Shown piece after piece: positions 37,492-46,157 of a DNA stretch of 64,000 bases (positions are counted from its first letter, which is position 1; each line of letters starts with the position of its first letter). The notes under the pieces are model-generated. The model saw only the letters and a list, made by a program, of their open reading frames with translations. It had not been told where the DNA came from and did not search any database. Source of the stretch: Hymenobacter sp. (GTDB lineage Bacteria; Bacteroidota; Bacteroidia; Cytophagales; Hymenobacteraceae); the NCBI GenBank assembly GCA_043780755.1, contig JAYWCH010000252.1:178-64177 (forward strand), written 5' to 3'. A program made the position numbers and the translations under genes.

Positions 37492-37812
37492 ATGAGCCAC
37501 GTTCGCCGTCTGTTTGTGTGTACCAACCAAAAGTCCGGCGTGGGGGAGGATGTGGCCAAGGCCCTGAAGAAAGAGTTGAAACACCAGGGCCTGAAAAAAC
37601 AAGTGGTGGACGGCCAAAAGCAGCAGTTGCAGGTGCAAACCTGCAACTGCCTGGATATGTGCCGCGACTGTAAAAAAGGCGCCGGCGCCGTCCTCATCAT
37701 CTACCCCGAAGGCACGGTCTACGGCAACGTCCGCCCCGCCGACGCGGCCGAGCTGGTGGCCGAGTACCTCGGGCGCGGGCGCATCCTGACGCGGCTGTAC
37801 CGCCCCGAATAA
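37492..37812 (+). CDS. Thioredoxin-like [2Fe-2S] ferredoxin domain protein
   Basis: 106 aa. Cys pattern FVCTNQ...CNCLDMCRDC and the ...IIYPEGTVYGNV segment, typical of this family. Confidence 0.65.
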   Translation: MSHVRRLFVCTNQKSGVGEDVAKALKKELKHQGLKKQVVDGQKQQLQVQTCNCLDMCRDCKKGAGAVLIIYPEGTVYGNVRPADAAELVAEYLGRGRILTRLYRPE

Positions 37813-37892
37813 GGACCAAACGGGCCTGCGCTAACCGTGACGGGACGTAATCCGTTGTTAGCGCAATAAACCGTATTCCTTTCCCTCTTTTT

Positions 37893-39107
37893 ATGCGTCT
37901 TCCCTTTACTGCCCTGGCCCTGGCCAGCCTGACTCTGGCCGCCGCCGCGCAGCCCGCGGCCCCCGCCGATTCGACTATTATGGTCAGGCGGGCGGCCGCT
38001 GCTCCGTTCCCTTTGGCGGGCGCTTCCCGGGAGGCCGGTAAGCCGAAGCGGCTCACGATCCTGCCCATTCCGGTTATTTTTTATCAGGCCGAAACTGGGC
38101 TTGGCTACGGTCTGGGGGGCTTTTTGAGCGGTCGTTTTTCGGCCGATACCCTGACCCGGCCCTCCAATATCCGAGTGCAGTACTGGACCACCCAGAAGAG
38201 CCAGTCGCTGTTGCAGCTGGTCCACACGGTGTACACGCCCGGCGAGAAATTCTACCTGAACGGCGAAATCAGCGCCTACGATATTGCCCTGTTTTACTAC
38301 GGTGCCGGACCCAAAAGTGTCAGCGCCGACGAATCGAAGCAGGCTTATAAGCTCTTCATTATCAACCAGCGTTTGCAGAAGCAGGTGGCGCCCAAACTGT
38401 TTTTCGGCGCACAGTACCGCCTCACCGACGTCAGTCAGTTCTCCCTCGACCCGAACACGACCAGCGGCGACGCCCCGAACGTTTTCCTGCGCGACCCCCG
38501 CGTAACCGACCGCGAGCGGCGTGGCACGCGCGTCTCGGGTCTGGGACCGTCGCTCACCTACGATACCCGCGATGTGCCGTTGGCCGCTTTCAGCGGCAAC
38601 CTGCTCGATGCCAGCGTGATGTTCAACGGTTCCGGGCTGGGATCCGATTACCGTTTCGTCCGCTACCAGCTCGATGCGCGGCACTTTCAGCCCATTATTT
38701 CCAACCGGACTATTCTGGCATTGCAATTTCTGGGGCAGTTTCACACCGGCGACGTGCCGTTTCGCGAGCTGGCCGGCCTGGGCGCCAACCTGGGCGGCAC
38801 GCTCTACAACAACGCCAACCTGATGCGCGGAATCTACGAGCAGCGTTTTCGCGACCGGCAGATGATTACTTTTCAGGCCGAACTGCGGCAAAAGCTGTTC
38901 TGGCGCATCGAAGGGGCCGTGTTTGGCGGCATGGGCAACGTGAGCAACTACATCGACAGCTTTCACCTCAACGACACCAAATTTGCCGGCGGGGCTGGAA
39001 TTCGCTTCAACTTTATCCGGCGCGACCGGGTAAATCTGCGCCTCGATTATGCCGGTGGAACCGGTAGCTCGCCGGGCATTCTCTTCGCCATCGGCGAAGC
39101 GTTTTAA
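37893..39107 (+). CDS. BamA/TamA (Omp85 surface-antigen) family beta-barrel protein without POTRA region
   Basis: 404 aa. Signal peptide ...LAAAAQPAA. Barrel-like alternation. RGIYEQRFRDRQ motif region. Terminal ...ILFAIGEAF. Confidence 0.65.
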   Translation: MRLPFTALALASLTLAAAAQPAAPADSTIMVRRAAAAPFPLAGASREAGKPKRLTILPIPVIFYQAETGLGYGLGGFLSGRFSADTLTRPSNIRVQYWTTQKSQSLLQLVHTVYTPGEKFYLNGEISAYDIALFYYGAGPKSVSADESKQAYKLFIINQRLQKQVAPKLFFGAQYRLTDVSQFSLDPNTTSGDAPNVFLRDPRVTDRERRGTRVSGLGPSLTYDTRDVPLAAFSGNLLDASVMFNGSGLGSDYRFVRYQLDARHFQPIISNRTILALQFLGQFHTGDVPFRELAGLGANLGGTLYNNANLMRGIYEQRFRDRQMITFQAELRQKLFWRIEGAVFGGMGNVSNYIDSFHLNDTKFAGGAGIRFNFIRRDRVNLRLDYAGGTGSSPGILFAIGEAF

Positions 39108-39185
39108 GCCGCAAGCCCGGCTTGTCGCTCAACGGATTATCGGGTTTTTACGGTGGGGTTTTAATCTCCCCCGGGCCCGACGGGA

Positions 39186-40583
39186 ATGGGAAAAACTGGG
39201 TTCCGCTGCCATTCAGGCCGGTTTAAGTCGGGTGCGTCGGGGCCGATCCTTTCGCCCGCCCCGGCGTACACTGGCCCGATGGACCACGCCACGCCCGCCC
39301 GCTTCCTCGCCTACCCCGAGGCGGCGGCCACTGTTACCGCCCCGGCTTTTGCCCCGCCGGCGCCCCGCACTTTTCTCCGCTCCGGCCGGGGCGCTACGCA
39401 CTTGCAGCGGCAATTGCCGCCGCCCCGCCCCGGTCTGCAAGTCAGCGTCATCATCCCGGCCAAAGACGAAGCCCACCACCTGCCGGCCGCTCTAGCCGCC
39501 CTGGCCGCTCAAACCGACCGGCACGGCCGGCCGCTGCCCGCCGAAAGCTTCGAGGTGATTGTGCTGGCCAATAATTGCACCGACGACACGGCCGCCGTGG
39601 TGCGGCAGGCGGCCCGCAGCTTCCCCCGCCTGGCGCTGCACGTGGCCGAATTGTGGCTGCCGCCCGAGGAGGCCCACGTCGGCTGCGCCCGGCGCCTGCT
39701 CATGGACGCGGCCTGGGTCCGGCTCGAATCCGGTGGTCGGGCCGGTGCGGGCATTATTGCCAGCACCGATGCCGACACCCGCGTGGCGCTCAACTGGCTG
39801 GCGGTTATTCAGGATGAGATTGCCGCCGGCGCCGCGGCCGTGGGCGGGCGTATTCTGACGGAAATGCCGGATCCGGCGCTCCGATCCCTGCGCCGCTTGC
39901 AGGCCCGCGACACGGCTTACCATCAACTCTGCGCCCGTCTCGAAGGGCTGGTTGACCCGGCGCCCGCCGACCCGTGGCCCCGCCACCACCAGCACTTCGG
40001 GGCGAGCCTGGCGCTGACCACCGCCGCGTACGGCCAGGTGGGCGGTTTGCCCGAAGTCCGATTTTTGGAGGATGAAGCCCTGTGCCGGGCCCTGCGCCGG
40101 TACGATCTTATTATCCGTCATAGCCCTGAGGTGCAGGTGCTTACTTCCGCTCGTCGGCAGGGTCGGGTTGAAGTTGGGTTATCCTGGCAGCTGGGCGAAT
40201 GGCTGCAGCTGAGCCAGCGGCAGCGCGAGCCCCGGGTGGATAATCCCGCCCAGCTGGCGGAATTATGGCGTACCCGCGCACAGCTCCGGGCGTATTGGGC
40301 GGCCCGCGCAATCGTGCCGCCCGAGTTGCTGGCGGATCAGCTGGGACTACCGGCTGCCGCGTTGCAGACGCGGGCGCGGCGGGCGGTCACTTTCGGGGCG
40401 CTCTGGGAATGGGGGCTGAAAGCGGGTGCGGCTACCACCGTATACCAGCTGCCGTTATCGCTGGCCCTGCGGGATTTGCCGCCGCTCATCAAAAGCTGCG
40501 AGCGGCGCGAACCCGCCGAGCAAGCAGAAATCAGCGTTTTTCCAGCAGATCGAGCCGATAATTTTCGGCTCGTTGGCCGATGA
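39186..40583 (+). CDS. Family-2 glycosyltransferase with a ~150-aa C-terminal extension
   Basis: VSVIIPAKDEAHHLPAALAALAAQT (GT-A N-terminus). STDADT DxD motif. EDEALCRAL motif. The start is uncertain: ATG 39186, or MDHATP at 39276. Confidence 0.75.
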   Translation: MGKTGFRCHSGRFKSGASGPILSPAPAYTGPMDHATPARFLAYPEAAATVTAPAFAPPAPRTFLRSGRGATHLQRQLPPPRPGLQVSVIIPAKDEAHHLPAALAALAAQTDRHGRPLPAESFEVIVLANNCTDDTAAVVRQAARSFPRLALHVAELWLPPEEAHVGCARRLLMDAAWVRLESGGRAGAGIIASTDADTRVALNWLAVIQDEIAAGAAAVGGRILTEMPDPALRSLRRLQARDTAYHQLCARLEGLVDPAPADPWPRHHQHFGASLALTTAAYGQVGGLPEVRFLEDEALCRALRRYDLIIRHSPEVQVLTSARRQGRVEVGLSWQLGEWLQLSQRQREPRVDNPAQLAELWRTRAQLRAYWAARAIVPPELLADQLGLPAAALQTRARRAVTFGALWEWGLKAGAATTVYQLPLSLALRDLPPLIKSCERREPAEQAEISVFPADRADNFRLVGR

Positions 40584-41127
40584 GGTGGCGCAGGGGGCCG
40601 GAAGCGGCGGCTTTGGTCAGGAAGAATTCGTGCACATCGTCGCCGGTCAGCGGGTAGTCGTGCACGGGTGGCGTCCAGTGGACCAGCAGGAGCTGGCCGC
40701 CGGGGGCCAGGCCGGCGATTATCAGCTCGGCGGCGCGGGCCAGGTCGGCCGGCGACCAGTAGTAGCCCACTTCGGAGAGCAGAATCAGGTCGAATAACTG
40801 ATCGGGGAATTCTTCCGGCACGCGCAGGAGCTGGAATTTTACCTGGGGCAAATCCCGGCTGCGCTCCTGCGCCTGGGCCAGCGCGGCGGCGCTCACATCC
40901 ACGGCCAGCAGCTGGCCGCAGCGCGGGGCCACCTCCGCCGTGAGCACGCCCAGCGAGCAGCCGATTTCCAGCGCGGCGGGGTAGTGCGCGCGGGGCAGCG
41001 CCGCCAGCGTGGCGGCGTACTTGGCCCGTTCATAAGGGCTGGTTTCAAAATTCCAGGGATCCCGGTTGGCCCGATAAACCTGGTCGAAATACGCCGGTGG
41101 CAGGCTGTCAGGTTGATTCTGATTCAT
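40531..41127 (-). CDS. NodS-type SAM-dependent methyltransferase
   Basis: Trimmed to MNQNQPDS (ATG 41127). DPWNFETSPYERAKY, LEIGCSLGVLT, FDLILLSEVGYYW and LAPGGQLLL parallel rhizobial NodS (DPWRLD.NPFERERH, LEVGCAAG, FDLIVVAEVLYYL, LAPGGHLV), from memory. Confidence 0.8.
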   Translation of the reverse strand: MNQNQPDSLPPAYFDQVYRANRDPWNFETSPYERAKYAATLAALPRAHYPAALEIGCSLGVLTAEVAPRCGQLLAVDVSAAALAQAQERSRDLPQVKFQLLRVPEEFPDQLFDLILLSEVGYYWSPADLARAAELIIAGLAPGGQLLLVHWTPPVHDYPLTGDDVHEFFLTKAAASGPLRHLIGQRAENYRLDLLEKR

Positions 41128-41866
41128 GGCTGAGGGCTTCAAAAAAAACTTCATCCGGCCCGGCAAAATGCCGCAGCATGGCGGGGGATAATAGAAAACC
41201 GGCCGGATCATCCGTAAAGATTCCCGGCGCTACCTGCGAGCGGTGCGCCGCAATGGCCCGCTGCTTCTGACCCTGTACCGCGCTGATATCAAGCCGGAAT
41301 CCGCGCACGTTGTCCCCGCCCGCCGGCAGGTCCGCCGGCGCCGCCCGTTCCCAGGCCCACACCAGGTATTCGAGTCGGCGCGGCGGGTGCACCAGCCCGG
41401 CCAGGGCGACGGCTACCAGCTGGCTGCTGGCGCGGTGGTCGGGGTGCGGGTCGCGCCGCCAGGGCACCAGAATAGTAGCCGCTTTTTGGCTGGCCACGAA
41501 TTCCCGCAGCTGAATAACGGCTTCCGCGAAGCCGGGCATTCCGGCCGCGCCGGGCACCCGGCCGTCGGGCAGATTCAGCAGAAGCGGTTCGGTTTCAGCA
41601 ACCCCCAGAATCGTGAGCGCGTGCCGGAATTCACCTTCCCGCACGGCCCGCCGGGCCACCGCCGAAAACTGCCCCGAAGCCGGGTGCGACATGCTGCCAT
41701 CGCTCACCAGTACGGCCGCTACGGGCTGCCCGGTCTGCCGGAGCAGGGCCAGCAGCCCGCCGCAGCCCAGGGCTTCATCATCGGGGTGCGGCGCCACCAC
41801 GATTGTGGAGCCCAAGCCGGCCGCGAAACTGCCGGGACGCACGGGGTAAGAAGAGAAAGGCAGCAC
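41108..41866 (-). CDS. PIG-L/LmbE-family N-acetylglucosaminyl deacetylase
   Basis: 252 aa. VVAPHPDDEALGCGG zinc-site motif and later HPDH. The 3' end overlaps the methyltransferase start by 20 nt. Confidence 0.85.
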   Translation of the reverse strand: MLPFSSYPVRPGSFAAGLGSTIVVAPHPDDEALGCGGLLALLRQTGQPVAAVLVSDGSMSHPASGQFSAVARRAVREGEFRHALTILGVAETEPLLLNLPDGRVPGAAGMPGFAEAVIQLREFVASQKAATILVPWRRDPHPDHRASSQLVAVALAGLVHPPRRLEYLVWAWERAAPADLPAGGDNVRGFRLDISAVQGQKQRAIAAHRSQVAPGIFTDDPAGFLLSPAMLRHFAGPDEVFFEALSHESEST

Positions 41867-41924
41867 GTATTAATTTCTGGTTATCAATAATTTGCTGGTT
41901 GAAAATGAGCATCTACTGCCGCCC

Positions 41925-43130
41925 TCAATCGGCGAAATTCCTCCCGCTCAGCACGAAGCGGCCCACGTCGGCCAGGGCGCCGTCGGGGGCGGGTTGGCGC
42001 AGATAGTGCGTCAGGTCGCGGTGCAGACGCTCGAAGGGCAGGGGCTGGAGGAGGCCGCGGGCGCCCACGCTCCGCTCGGCGAGCTGGAGCATTTCGAGGC
42101 AGATTTTTTCGATTGCCGTTCGCGTCATATTGGCATAGGCGACGGTCGCTTCGGCCGCTTCCGGGCCGTTGGCGTGGGTGCGGGCGGCGTGCCCGGCGGC
42201 GGCTTGCAGCCAGTGCCGGCCACTTTCCAGGGCCAGGGCCATTTCGCCCAGCCGCTGGCGCTGATACGGGTCGTCGGTGCGGCCCAGGTGGCGCAGAAAG
42301 GCGCGGGTTTCTTCAAAAACCGCCTCCGCGCCGCCCAGCTGCACGGCGGCAAAGCGGATGGCCCCGCCGCTGAAAGCGGGCTGCTGGTAATAGGCATTGG
42401 GCGGGCCGATGAGATCGGCGGGACCAATTTCCAGCCCCGTCAGATCGGCCCGGAAGCTGGCGGTGGCCCGCATGCCCAGCGGCTGCCAGAAGGAGCGGTC
42501 CAGCTGCGGCGCCTGGCGGTCGGCGGGCAGCACGAATAATTGCCAGCCTCGCCCCTCAGGCAGGGCCCCGGTAATGAGCGGGCGGGCGAGGTGGCCGGCG
42601 CCGGAGGCGAACGTTTTGGCGCCGCGTAGGCGGTAGCGCCCGCCGGGCAGCGCGTCGAGCTGCACGCCTTCGGCCGGATTCTCGGTATTCCAGACTCCGA
42701 ACAGCTTTCCGGCCCGGGCATCAGCGGCGTAACCGGTCACCTGCGACTCACTACCCAGCTGCTGAATGAGTTGCAGGGAATTAACGTGTCCTTCGTACAC
42801 CCGGCCCACCGCCAGATTGCCCCGGCCAATGTGCTGCATTACCCGCAGCAGCGCCGGCGTGGCGGCCGGGGCGTCGAGTCCGGCCCCGCCCAGCGCGGCG
42901 GGCAGGCCCGCCGTGAGCAGCCCCGCCGCCCGGAGCCAGCCAAATTCCTGCGTGGGAAATCCGCCCACCACGTCGGTCGCGGCAGCCTGCGCAAACAGGC
43001 GCGGGGCAAGCCGGGCCGCCGCCGCTTCGGCCTGCGCGGGGGTGGTCAACGCTTCGTCAGGAGTGTTGTTCGGCTCCGCCGGATTCGGCCTGGAGTCAGG
43101 ATTAGAAAGGGGTGAAAAATCGGTAGACAT
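41925..43130 (-). CDS. Acyl-CoA dehydrogenase family protein
   Basis: Trimmed from the 962-aa ORF to MSTDFSPLSNP (ATG 43130), 401 aa. ACAD-like three-domain pattern (…GKLFGVWNTE…, …TFASGAGHL…, …MLQLAERSVGARGL…). The longer ORF is antisense to purH. Confidence 0.75.
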   Translation of the reverse strand: MSTDFSPLSNPDSRPNPAEPNNTPDEALTTPAQAEAAAARLAPRLFAQAAATDVVGGFPTQEFGWLRAAGLLTAGLPAALGGAGLDAPAATPALLRVMQHIGRGNLAVGRVYEGHVNSLQLIQQLGSESQVTGYAADARAGKLFGVWNTENPAEGVQLDALPGGRYRLRGAKTFASGAGHLARPLITGALPEGRGWQLFVLPADRQAPQLDRSFWQPLGMRATASFRADLTGLEIGPADLIGPPNAYYQQPAFSGGAIRFAAVQLGGAEAVFEETRAFLRHLGRTDDPYQRQRLGEMALALESGRHWLQAAAGHAARTHANGPEAAEATVAYANMTRTAIEKICLEMLQLAERSVGARGLLQPLPFERLHRDLTHYLRQPAPDGALADVGRFVLSGRNFAD

Positions 43131-43280
43131 GCGCGGGAGAGGGAAGTGGGAGGGAAAAACTATACCGCTAAAGCCGCGCCTTGGTTCGCCGGGAATAATT
43201 CGGGCGTTCTGCTTTGGGCCCTCGCTAAGCAGGGCCTTACCTTCGTGGCGGTAATTATGCCCTGTTTTTTCGTTCGTTTT

Positions 43281-44816
43281 ATGTCGTCCCGCCCAATTCG
43301 CGCCGCCCTGCTTTCCGTGTATCATAAAGACCGGCTGGCACCTCTGGTGCAGGTGCTGCGCCAGCACGGCGTGAAGTTGTACTCCACGGGCGGCACCCAG
43401 CAGTTTCTGGAGGACGAAGGCGCCGAAGTAACCGCCGTGGAGGACCTGACCGGTTTCCCGGAAGTGTTCGGCGGCCGGGTTAAAACTCTGCATCCCAAAG
43501 TATTCGGGGGGATTCTGCACCGCCGCCACGACGAGGGCGACCTCGCTCAGGCCGCGCAATACGGCATTCCGCCCATCGATCTGGTGGTAGTGGATCTGTA
43601 CCCTTTCGAAGAAACCGTGGCCAGTGGCGCGCCCGAAGGCGACGTGATCGAGAAGATTGACATTGGTGGGATTTCGCTGCTGCGCGCGGCCGCCAAAAAC
43701 TACCGTGACGTGCTGGTAATCAGCAGCCGCGACCAGTACGCGGCCGTGACCGAGCTGCTGACGGCCAAGAACGGCACCAGCGATCTGGAAGATCGCCGCC
43801 ACTACGCCGCCGCTGCTTTTGCCACCACCTCGCACTACGACACGGAGATTTTCAGCTACCTCAGCCAGGGTACGGCCGTGGCCGGCACCGCCCTGCGCCT
43901 GAGCGCGCAACCCGCCACGCCGCTGCGCTACGGCGAAAACCCACACCAGGCCGGCACGTTCTACGGCGACCTTACGGCGCTGTTCGACCAGCTGCACGGT
44001 AAGCAGCTCAGCTACAACAACCTCGTAGACGTGGATGCCGCCGTGGCCCTGATGGCCGAGTTTGCCGGGGGCGAGCCCGCCTGCGCCATCCTCAAGCACA
44101 CCAACGCCTGCGGCGTGGCCCTGGCGCCCACGCTGCACACCGCCTACCTGAACGCCCTGAGCTGTGATCCGGTGTCGGCATTCGGCGGCGTCATCATCGT
44201 AAACCGGGAAGTTGACGCGGCCACCGCCGCCGAGCTGAACCAGCTGTTCTTCGAGGTCCTCATCGCGCCGGGCTTCGCGGCGGATGCTCTGCCCGTGCTG
44301 CAAAGCAAGAAAAATCGAATCCTGCTGCGCCAGAAGCCGGTGCAATTCGCGGCCAAGCAAGTGAAAACATTGCTCAACGGCTTCATCGAGCAGGATGCCG
44401 ACCGGCAGAGCGAAACGGCGCCGGACTTCCGCACCGTCACGCAATCGACCCCCACGAGCGAGGAAACGGCGGCGCTGGAATTTGCCGGCAAAATCTGCAA
44501 GCATACCAAAAGCAATACCATCGTGCTGGCCCGGGCCGGGCAGCTCCTGGCCTCGGGCGTGGGCCAGACGTCCCGCGTCGATGCGCTGCGGCAGGCCATT
44601 GAGAAGGCGCATGCCTTCGGCTTCGATCTGCAAGGGGCCGTGCTGGCTTCGGATGCGTTCTTCCCGTTTTCCGACTGCGTGGAAATTGCCGGCGCCGCCG
44701 GAATCCGGGCGGTGGTGCAGCCCGGAGGCTCCATTAAGGATGCAGATAGTATCCGGGCCTGCGACGAGCTGGGCATGGCCATGGTCCTGACGGGCGTGCG
44801 GCACTTCAAGCACTAA
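43281..44816 (+). CDS. purH: Bifunctional AICAR transformylase / IMP cyclohydrolase
   Basis: Trimmed to MSSRPIRAALLSVYHKDRLAPLV. 511 aa. STGGT, KTLHPKVFGG and NLVDVDAA motifs. Terminal TGVRHFKH. Confidence 0.95.
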   Translation: MSSRPIRAALLSVYHKDRLAPLVQVLRQHGVKLYSTGGTQQFLEDEGAEVTAVEDLTGFPEVFGGRVKTLHPKVFGGILHRRHDEGDLAQAAQYGIPPIDLVVVDLYPFEETVASGAPEGDVIEKIDIGGISLLRAAAKNYRDVLVISSRDQYAAVTELLTAKNGTSDLEDRRHYAAAAFATTSHYDTEIFSYLSQGTAVAGTALRLSAQPATPLRYGENPHQAGTFYGDLTALFDQLHGKQLSYNNLVDVDAAVALMAEFAGGEPACAILKHTNACGVALAPTLHTAYLNALSCDPVSAFGGVIIVNREVDAATAAELNQLFFEVLIAPGFAADALPVLQSKKNRILLRQKPVQFAAKQVKTLLNGFIEQDADRQSETAPDFRTVTQSTPTSEETAALEFAGKICKHTKSNTIVLARAGQLLASGVGQTSRVDALRQAIEKAHAFGFDLQGAVLASDAFFPFSDCVEIAGAAGIRAVVQPGGSIKDADSIRACDELGMAMVLTGVRHFKH

Positions 44817-44871
44817 GCTCCGGTTGGGTAGCTGTCCGGTTTTACCGGGCGCAGCCCGCTGGCTAATAATT

Positions 44872-44908
44872 AAAAAGACCCGCTCCCGGCAATGAGAGCG
44901 GGTCTTTT
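44872..44908 (+). terminator. Rho-independent terminator after purH
   Basis: AGACCCGCTC-loop-GAGCGGGTCT (10-bp perfect stem) followed by TTTT. Confidence 0.65.
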
Positions 44909-44983
44909 GATGAGCGGCGGCGGCGCGATCAATTCCTTAGTCAATGCCATAAATACGTTCATCACCCCGGCCGAAACCTTCCG

Positions 44984-44991
44984 TATCTTTG
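44984..44991 (+). promoter_or_regulatory. -7 box TATCTTTG upstream of mreB
   Basis: Exact TAnnTTTG (extended TATCTTTGCCC), 55 nt upstream of ATG 45046. Confidence 0.4.
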
Positions 44992-45045
44992 CCCATTGTT
45001 TTGCCTGAGCCACCACTTGGGCTCCGCCTTATTGCAGCTATCTCA

Positions 45046-46071
45046 ATGGGTTTCTTTAATTTCCTGACCAGCGATATCGCCATCGATCTGGGAACCGCCA
45101 ATACGCTCATCATCCATAACGACAAGATCGTGGTGGACGAGCCGAGCATCATCGCCAAAGATCGCACGACCAATAAAGTCATCGCTGTGGGCCGTCAGGC
45201 GCAGCAGATGCACGAGAAAACGCACGATAACATCCGCACCATTCGTCCGCTCAAGGACGGGGTGATTGCCGATTTCCACGCCGCCGAGGAAATGATTAAA
45301 GGCATGATTAAGATGATCGACACGCGGAACCGGCTCTTTCAGCCTTCGCACCGCATGGTTATCTGCATCCCCTCGGGCATTACGGAAGTGGAGAAACGTG
45401 CCGTGCGGGACTCCGCCGAGCACGCCGGGGCCAAGGAAGTCTGGATGATTCAGGAGCCGATGGCCGCTGCCATCGGCATCGGCATCGACGTGCAGCAGCC
45501 AGTGGGCTCGATGATTATCGACATCGGCGGCGGCACGACGGAGATCGCCGTCATCGCCCTCTCCGGGATTGTGTGCGATCAGTCCATTAAAACGGCCGGC
45601 GATGTTTTTAACCAGGACATTCTCGACTACATGCGCCGCCAGCATAATCTGCTGATCGGCGAGCGCAGCGCCGAGCGCATCAAAATTGAAGTGGGCGCCG
45701 CGCTCACCGAGCTCGATATGCCCCCGCCCGACCACGAAGTGCGCGGCCGCGACCTGATGACGGGTATTCCGAAGGTGATCAAAGTCACGTTCTCCGAAAT
45801 TGCCATCGCCCTCGATAAATCGGTGGCTAAAATTGAAGAAGCGGTGCTGAAAGCCCTGGAAATATCGCCGCCCGAGCTGTCGGCCGATATCTACGAAAAC
45901 GGCATTCACCTCACCGGCGGCGGCGCCCTGCTGCGCGGGCTGGACAAGCGCCTGGCCGCCAAAACCAAGCTGCCGATTCACATCGCCGAAGATCCGCTGC
46001 GCGCCGTGGTGCGCGGCACCGGCAAGGCCATCAAGGACATCAAAGCCTTCAAAGGCGTGCTGCTGACGTAA
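45046..46071 (+). CDS. mreB: Rod shape-determining actin homolog MreB
   Basis: Trimmed to MGFFNFLTSDIAIDLGTANTL. 341 aa. Canonical MreB motifs (IDIGGGTTE, LTGGGALLRGLD). Confidence 0.95.
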   Translation: MGFFNFLTSDIAIDLGTANTLIIHNDKIVVDEPSIIAKDRTTNKVIAVGRQAQQMHEKTHDNIRTIRPLKDGVIADFHAAEEMIKGMIKMIDTRNRLFQPSHRMVICIPSGITEVEKRAVRDSAEHAGAKEVWMIQEPMAAAIGIGIDVQQPVGSMIIDIGGGTTEIAVIALSGIVCDQSIKTAGDVFNQDILDYMRRQHNLLIGERSAERIKIEVGAALTELDMPPPDHEVRGRDLMTGIPKVIKVTFSEIAIALDKSVAKIEEAVLKALEISPPELSADIYENGIHLTGGGALLRGLDKRLAAKTKLPIHIAEDPLRAVVRGTGKAIKDIKAFKGVLLT

Positions 46072-46096
46072 TTTTCAGGCCCCCAGCTTCATAAGG

Positions 46097-46138
46097 GAGC
46101 GGTTTTGCTGCGCGACGCCCGGCAGGACCGCTCTTTTT
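46097..46138 (+). terminator. Possible attenuating terminator between mreB and mreC
   Basis: GAGCGGT...ACCGCTC 7-bp stem with an inner CTGC/GCAG pairing, followed by TTTTT. Confidence 0.35.
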
Positions 46139-46157
46139 AGAATTTAACCGAACCCCC

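Noticed and set aside
43131-44813. N-terminal 561-aa extension of the acyl-CoA dehydrogenase ORF (962-aa ORF 41925-44813)
   Set aside because: The extension is entirely antisense to purH and low-complexity. A sensible ATG (43130) opens a normal-length 401-aa ACAD. The open frame is a GC-driven accident.
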